DNA from: Zancudomyces culisetae HAW-14-8
Lineage: Eukaryota; Fungi; Kickxellomycota
Assembly: GCA_052426225.1 (NCBI GenBank)
Contig: JBNJNM010000006.1
Location: 2,356,001 to 2,420,000, forward strand
Direction of reading: 5' to 3'
DNA length: 64,000 nt
The notes beneath the pieces were generated by a model. That model was not told the origin of the DNA and did no database searches. It worked only from the letters and a program-made list of their open reading frames with translations. Numbering within the stretch: the stretch's first letter is position 1; every line of letters begins with the position of its first letter. Both the position numbers and the translations under genes were made by a program. Below are positions 58,001 to 64,000 of this stretch, piece by piece.

Positions 58001-58710
58001 ATAGCAACAAGATTTTGATTGAAAAGACCAAAACATTGGAGGATCAGCTGTATGTTGCCTCGAGGCTTGTAAATGATAATAATGTTGATACCAACAAAGA
58101 GTCCAACAAGGGTCCCGAAAAAGAGTCATCCAGTGGTAGTGCTAGTAATGCAGATAAGGATAACGGTGTGGCAAGTGATGAGAATGGCCGTGTTGGCAAT
58201 AGTGATAACAGTACTGATAACGATGACTATTTAGATCTTGATGCTAGGCTCGCCCTCATTTACGAAAAAATTACTGGTTCTTTAACGCAGGCCAAGGAGA
58301 GAATGGTTGATGCGACCACTTTTAAGGTTGATTTGGAAGCCACGGACACAACCGAACTTGAAAATCTCCATGGTACGACACAAACGACCAGTCTTGACGA
58401 TAACAGCAAGAACAACAATGATAACAATGATAACAATGATAACAATACAAATAACGATACTAATACTAATAACCAGAGTCTTTATAACTCAAACACTGAC
58501 TTGTTAGACTCCAGATTATTCAACCATACCTCCAAGCCCCCTATCCCGAACAAAGCTCTACTGAAAAGCAGGCCCAAGCGTCCCAGCAATTTTGGAACCA
58601 ACTCCAATCAGACGCACAACGGCTCTTCTCTTGCAGGCAAATTACCTACCAACCCATCCTCAGGAGCAGCTGACTCCAAAAGCATTTCTGACCAGGTTAG
58701 TATATGTTAG
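55084..58710 (+). CDS. Hypothetical ~1,200-aa low-complexity (N/D/S/K-rich) protein with a C-terminal coiled coil
   Basis: 3.6-kb open frame; first ATG at 55084. A donor-like CAG-GTTAGT near 58696 means the true 3' end may be spliced. Confidence 0.8.
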   Translation: MEVHTGRVLRKEFIGKEDTLIERGLVSEKSLSRDAEYQLFYDNYARTNKKSNNIMDSKLDESIDNYNGKNKARVNQESRPALSSYIDNTSMYGSEIFDGDGDGDELGLSLKDDPLFDNNAIIRRIMTNQTKNQKYIDGGGGHTDESRSYDISKIKERHIPSKIEKNVKRAEKKETPKSEPVAESANGDKEKAATVTGASKRRVVPKRIFEKEYRESFRPKVIPEEVQRRRLKTKSRSTSLVVAPGQNDGGKEVEMGKLDTLSAMEAMNEQIDKQMALINGRNIQKKDNGESTTNSKNGNGSKQNGGEQKTGREVYAVPDDSVAVVQDEEKIKALVSNAKRIINMMRSKKTPFSDEAESMGEESKERKEIQLNRFAVTDSEEQDDVDNGSEPDISVDESRNDTDDRYGGESNPTTDDMTGVSQIHAFDSFPSLNRYGSINSVNDVQIYGRDNSVGIGLSNYGLKAIQVGRSNSSSVADRAGSDKNKNRKNRTFAARGGKGDYFRSSTFNIGNGDTEDGQATRKNNRYNGGVKQSGSERLLEKLGNFSVEDIHSGKGEVGANQSDSSSDFVKRDRAGSENKHHRHNKHEIYEGEKLKPTANKLKGGLNQKGNSSVDFYRESTNSPNIKQMALLNNGGKGVNTLPNDSQLDFYDPFSVNSIDRHDLHDEKLSVFDDHKSTNMLGGLIADPKSGRLGSEYAPNQRGLRANIAAKKDNQADNSGGKQKQGFRRLQVIESYSMASEQGGENHQDYDEDGAESESGDYTDGSEYETEDESQNEAEGSDVLSTSQLARITSPSARPRLQTLASHVSTQSHSSYSVERVGSPINRSLVPPRIESANALINGLSPNTSRKVLFSSSSNISSEVLGLSFTSSIDKLSPFSNSMLPLDNNVNASGASSSISIENNIYRKAQRRHVGIQVNTKKQGPDEITARTAEKANKQLYTMLVTLHHQFGELKTKYFTDVTRLKNLLDESNNSNKILIEKTKTLEDQLYVASRLVNDNNVDTNKESNKGPEKESSSGSASNADKDNGVASDENGRVGNSDNSTDNDDYLDLDARLALIYEKITGSLTQAKERMVDATTFKVDLEATDTTELENLHGTTQTTSLDDNSKNNNDNNDNNDNNTNNDTNTNNQSLYNSNTDLLDSRLFNHTSKPPIPNKALLKSRPKRPSNFGTNSNQTHNGSSLAGKLPTNPSSGAADSKSISDQVSIC

Positions 58711-59172
58711 AGAGACCCACACCTGAACTCTGTTGGTTTTTTATCAACCCCCTGTGGATCGGTTGAATGTATAATCATTGGCTTTTCGCGTCATAGTATA
58801 TTAAATTTGTTGTTATTGGTACAACTTCCTTCCAATACCTCTCTTGTATTTAGATTTTTGTTCTTCCCTCCCTTCTCTTTTTCTTTGTTTTTTCTAAACA
58901 TCCTCACTTTTTTTTTTGGAGGGAGCGAGATGCCAACTCTTAGTTATATCATACAAACAAACCACGCGTATAGCATGTCTTAGAAGTTGTGTTTATAAGA
59001 ATTACGACCAATGTACTAATAAACCTTTTCTTTATTCTTGCCATATTCATTAAATACTTTTTACTTTTAGGGTATGCGCAAGATAATTATGTATATAGAC
59101 AATAATAGCAAACTTTGTATAGGTCAAATTCAGTTAACAAATGTAATTTGATTATAAATATAAAAAGTATAT

Positions 59173-62100
59173 CTAATTAATGGCTTCAATGCATCTCGGA
59201 CAGAGAGTGTCTGCGCCATTTTTGATACTATATCTCCAACACCTAGCACACTTTCCCAACTGTGTCTTTTTGGCATGAACTACAATTCCAAAATTCGCAC
59301 CGCTTGCACGCGGATTTATGTTTACCTTGGATACCAGAAAGAGGCCTGGAAGTTCCGTTTCTAAGTTTTAACATAGTTTTAATGTATTTTTGTATTTTAA
59401 TTTATCAGGATTTGCTAGCCAAGGTACAACACAATATCGATAAACAACACAACACGACACAACACAACACACTTACCATATTTTCTCAATACATCCAACA
59501 TTTCCTGGTTGTTCGGGTCATCGTTAATATTTATTTCAATCTCTGCCTCTAGAGAGCTTCCGATTACCCTAATGAATTATAGTTTTCAACACGGGTGTAA
59601 TAAGCGAATGTTGGTCATAACATACTCACTTTTTTCGCCAAACCCAAGCGGGATACGCAAGAAAAAAACACAGCCAAAAATTTAAAAATATATATCAAAG
59701 AAAAAGAGTAAATATACTTACTTGCTCGTCCTAAGCGTTTCGATGGATGCATTTGCCAGGGATCGGATATGCAGCAGATTATTAAACTCGTTCTCAAGTT
59801 CGTTATTGATCCAATTGTTCGTTGGGCCTATCGAGGCATCATCTGTTATATTCACGGCCAAATTATTTTTGAAAAAGTCAAATTGCCCAAACACACTCTC
59901 ATTTTCGTGGTTAATTTCATCTTGGTAAACTTTCGAGCAGCTTTGGTAGACCTCCTGTGCAAAATGTGGTGTAATTGGTGATATTACAAACAAGATATGG
60001 TTCAGTATATGGTAAAGCACAGTGACCGCGGAAAGTCTACTTGCACTGTCAAAGGTGTCGGCATACAATCGATCCTTAACCACATCGAAATACAGTGCCG
60101 AACATGTAGTGTTCAAAAACCTAAATAGCGATTGCATCCCCTTGTAAAACATATACCCATTGTAATTTCCAACGATCTCGCTCATAACCACTTGCAACCT
60201 GTCTAGCATGTATCTATCCAATGGGTTTGATAAATCTTCATATTTTACCTTGTGTGTGTTAACATCGAATTTGTGCAGATTACCAAGTATAAACCTGATA
60301 GCACCACGCAGCTTGCGCATTTGTTGAGATACTATAGATATTATTTGTGGACCTATCATTACATCTGTTGTAGTATCGTGCAGTCCTACCCACAACCTGA
60401 GAACATCCACGCCGTATGCTGGTATCACTATGTTTCCGCCCTTTTTTTCTTCGCTTGATAGCTGTTTTATGACTTTTCCATTAATATATTCCATTGGTGA
60501 AATTACATTACCAATGGATTTTGACATCTTTTCTCCCTTTTCGTCAAGCAAAAATCCATGTGTATACAGTACTTTGAATGGCGATCTTCCCTCAACTGCT
60601 GTACTCAAAACCAATGAGGATTGGAACCATCCACGATGCTGATCACTTCCTTCCAAGTACACATCTGCTACCCTATCCACCACCTTTTCGTTGTCCCCGG
60701 CTACCGCTCTCAGTCTTTCTTGTAACATTGTCCACGAAGTTCCGCTGTCAAACCATACATCCAACGTATCATTTTTTCTATAATATTTCTTGCCGCTTTC
60801 TTTGAGACTCTCTCGATACATAGGTGCTATAAAAGCATTCTCGTCTTTTATACTGAACCATGCTTCACTACCCCCGTTTTTTGACAACACATCAATAATG
60901 TGATCAATTGACTCGAGCGTCATTAATGGCTCGTCTGTCCCCTCTTCATATAACACCGGTATCGGCGTACCCCACGGTCTTTGTCTTGAGATACACCAAT
61001 TATTTCGGCTTTTAACAAAATTCGTTAACCTGGTCTTCCCGCTCTCAGGAACGATTATTCCTACTTCTTTGTCGAGCAAATCCGCCGCTTTAAGCTTGAG
61101 CTCACTGATATCTACAAACCACTGTGGTGTCGCGCGAATAACTATCGGTTGCTTTGTTCTCCAATCGATTGGGTAACTATGAACTATTTTCATTGTTTGT
61201 ACCAACAGATCATTCGTTTTTAAATAATCCAGCAACATTTCGTTTCCTTCACCTAGAACAAACTTTCCCGCATATTCGGCACCTACGTCTTCTGTGAATC
61301 TGCCTTCTCCATCGACTGGTGAATATGGACCTATCCCATGCTCTTTACATACCTCAAAGTCCTCTTTCCCGTGTCCTGGCGCTGTATGAACAAGCCCAGT
61401 ACCCTTTTCCATTACCACATACTTACTTGCTATTATTGGATGCATTTCTCCTGTAAATCCATGTAGATAGCTTAACCCTACCAGTCTTTGACCCATTATT
61501 TGGTCTGATATCACATTTAGCTCTGAGTGTAGTACCATATTTAGCTTTTCCACAAGTTCTGCTGCCACTACAAAGTATTCATCCTTGTCTCTTGGTTGAG
61601 CAAGAACGTATTCACTACTTTCGCTGACTGCAACTGCTTTATTCGCCACATATGTCCACGGTGTAGTTGTCCACACCAGATAGCTCACCTTTTTTCCACG
61701 CAGGTTCTTGCCAAATACTCTGTCTAGCTCGCCGTTTGCATTGTTTGCTTCAAATCTAATATATGCGCTTTTACTTTCATATTTATCATTATACTCTAGT
61801 TCAGACTCTGCCAGGGCTGTATTTGATGAGGGTGACCAGTACACTGGACTATTCTCTCTTTTTATTAGTCCTTGGCGAACCATTTCTCTAAATACCTTCA
61901 ACTCCCGTATCTCATAGTCTACATCCAATGTTTTATAACTATTGTCCCAATCACCAACTATACCCCAGTTTTTAAACTCTTTTTTGTGCTGTTTGACTGT
62001 ATTCAACGCTAACTTTTTTGCCTCTTTTCGCACCCGATCTATGTTGTACGACTCCTTTTTTGCTTTGAGCATGCTCACAACCTTGTGTTCAATCGGAAGC

Positions 62101-62609
62101 CCATGACAATCCCACCCTGGGATGTACAATACCTTTCGCCCTTTTATTATGTGATACCTATTCACGATATCTTTAAGGACCTTGTTGGTGAAATGTCCAA
62201 AATGAAGATCTCCATTGGCATATGGTGGTCCGTCATTAAGTACAAAGTAATCTCCTGGATTTTTTTTTAATTGCCAAAAGTATAAATCTTCTGCACAAGC
62301 TTTTCTGAACTCGGCCTCTCTTACTGCTGCATTTGCTCGCAAAGCAAACGCAGTCTTTGGTAAAAACATTGTTTTGGAATAGTCATTCTCCCCTTTATCT
62401 TTCTTTTCTTTCACTGCATTTTTAGTGCTGTAGTAATTCGTAGAAATGTTCAAAATTCTACCTGCATGGATCGAACCTTGCTGCAAGGAATGAAAGCTCG
62501 TAATTTTATGTCGCGATTTGCACTGTACTTGTGCTTGAAGCCTCCTTGCCCCCTGATTTACTGTGCCCCTAACTCCAAATGCTGAGACATTTTTTAGGAG
62601 AGCACTCAT
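59173..62609 (-). CDS. ISM1: Mitochondrial isoleucine--tRNA ligase with two short 3' exons
   Basis: Presequence; DGPPYANGDLHFGH, PGWDCHGLPIE, WTTTPWT, GTGLVHTAPGHG, WCISRQR, EGSDQHRGWF, KMSKS; last exon KCARCWRY...LCPRC zinc finger, stop 59173-59175. Confidence 0.95.
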
Positions 62610-63736
62610 TCTCGTATGGCAGTTGTTGATTTATTTGATTGATTTGATTGATTTTGAAAGTATAACAGTGAAAATAAACTTTTTTTTTTCTGGCTCTACA
62701 AACTAGATAATATAAGCAGCGTGATTTGAATAATAGTAGTATCTGGTATTTTCTCAGCTTATCTGAGTATTCTGATCCTTTTTTTCCACCAAACTGGCAA
62801 AAGCAATAAAAAAAAGATAAAAGTAAGATCAGCGAATCGGCTGAGCTTAAGCCATTGAAATCCAACCAACCATTTTGTTTTTTGAATGAATTGCTTTTGT
62901 ACTGATTTAGAACTATTATCCATTTAAACTGTTATGAATGAAATTTTAATTTTTTATATCGCCATGCTTACCACAAGAAACATCAATACTGGATATATTA
63001 TGCTTTATGCACTGCACAGAAAAATACAAAAAAAAGTTTTTTTTTCTTCTATGTCTTTCCGTATATAAACAGTGTAGCTGACCCCTATTGAAATGTTGAT
63101 TCCCCCTCATATTTAGAGTAAAAACCGCGTGTAGCATATAGTAGGGCACAATCTAATGCATATCGATATACTAGCTAGAGGGTAGATGTTTTTGTTTTAT
63201 GCATAGCGGTGTTGGAATAAAGAACATGTAATATACTAACTGGTAAACTTTATTTTTAAACCTTGTGAGCATCAATCCATTGATTGTATTTTATTTGTTT
63301 ACTAAAATTGATATATTTCAGCACAATAAGTACATTTATACTCTTTGTTTTTAAACAAATGCCTACCCAACTTAATAACCAAAACAATGTTATACTATTT
63401 AAATGCAAAAATCTAGAGCTGTTTCTATAAAGTGGTTTGACTTTGTGCAGATTTTTGTTTGAGCACACCAATATTTGTATAGTGGTACGGGTATATAACT
63501 TGATCGTTTTGGCAATTACCAACTTTATAGAGACAGATTACTGGTGCGACAAACATAGCCCAGCAATTATTAACTTATTCTAACTAACTTAAGTTCACAG
63601 GTTAATACAGACTGTGTCAATGTACCGTATACTTTAGTGTCTGCTTTTTTGATATAACAATATACTACAACGTAAACATAGTAGATATTATCATATACAG
63701 AAAGGTCATAGGCTTTATTTTATGTTGTGTCAAGAA

Positions 63737-64000
63737 ATGGATACTCGATTTGGAGTTACGAACCAGCCGCCCAATAACCGTGTCACTCAAGTCAAGATAG
63801 TATATAATCCACGTCCGCAAAACGAAATCTCTTTTCAAGTAAAAAGCACCAGGCGCAACATGGCTAGGCTACAAAATATTGAGCAGATGTTTAGACTTTC
63901 AACAGAATTGGGAAAGGGAGTCTCTGGTAGTGTGTACAGAGCAACTACAATAAAAAAACCTGCGAGCCACTTTGTTGTCAAATCTATTCTAAAAGAGAGA
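63737..64000 (+). CDS. Ser/Thr protein kinase, 5' part only (possibly PAS-kinase/PIM-like)
   Basis: Open frame to the window end with LGKGVSGSVYRA (Gly loop) and FVVKSILKER (subdomain II Lys). An in-frame ATG also lies at 63722. Confidence 0.8.
   Translation, partial: MDTRFGVTNQPPNNRVTQVKIVYNPRPQNEISFQVKSTRRNMARLQNIEQMFRLSTELGKGVSGSVYRATTIKKPASHFVVKSILKER

Overview
AT-rich eukaryotic DNA from a fungus. Evidence: short GT-AG introns with ACTAA(C/T) branch sites, an intron-containing tRNA-Tyr, and fungal-type Rib4, Pmc1, Arp5, Cwc22 and Phs1. An early-diverging lineage is my inference only; the taxon cannot be fixed from this window. The first 11.8 kb is a stack of three different LTR retroelements: two Ty3/gypsy elements on the minus strand and one 1,008-bp non-coding element on the plus strand. 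They are joined by 3-bp spacers, share one primer-binding site, and end 8 bp upstream of a tRNA-Tyr(GUA) gene, which suggests tRNA-gene-targeted, repeated insertion. Next is a lumazine synthase with two fused domains that have lost complementary halves of the active site. The rest is mostly housekeeping: PMCA/Pmc1 Ca2+ ATPase, ARP5, an AUH-like enoyl-CoA hydratase, MCM-binding protein, PAQR/IZH, CWC22, MRPL16, PHS1, a DUF2458-like protein, PLPBP/YggS, mitochondrial IleRS and the start of a protein kinase. There are also several orphans: a 101-aa mitochondrial-looking protein, a divergent pair of 2-TM proteins and a 1.2-kaa low-complexity protein. All calls are by eye and motif recall; no database search was run.
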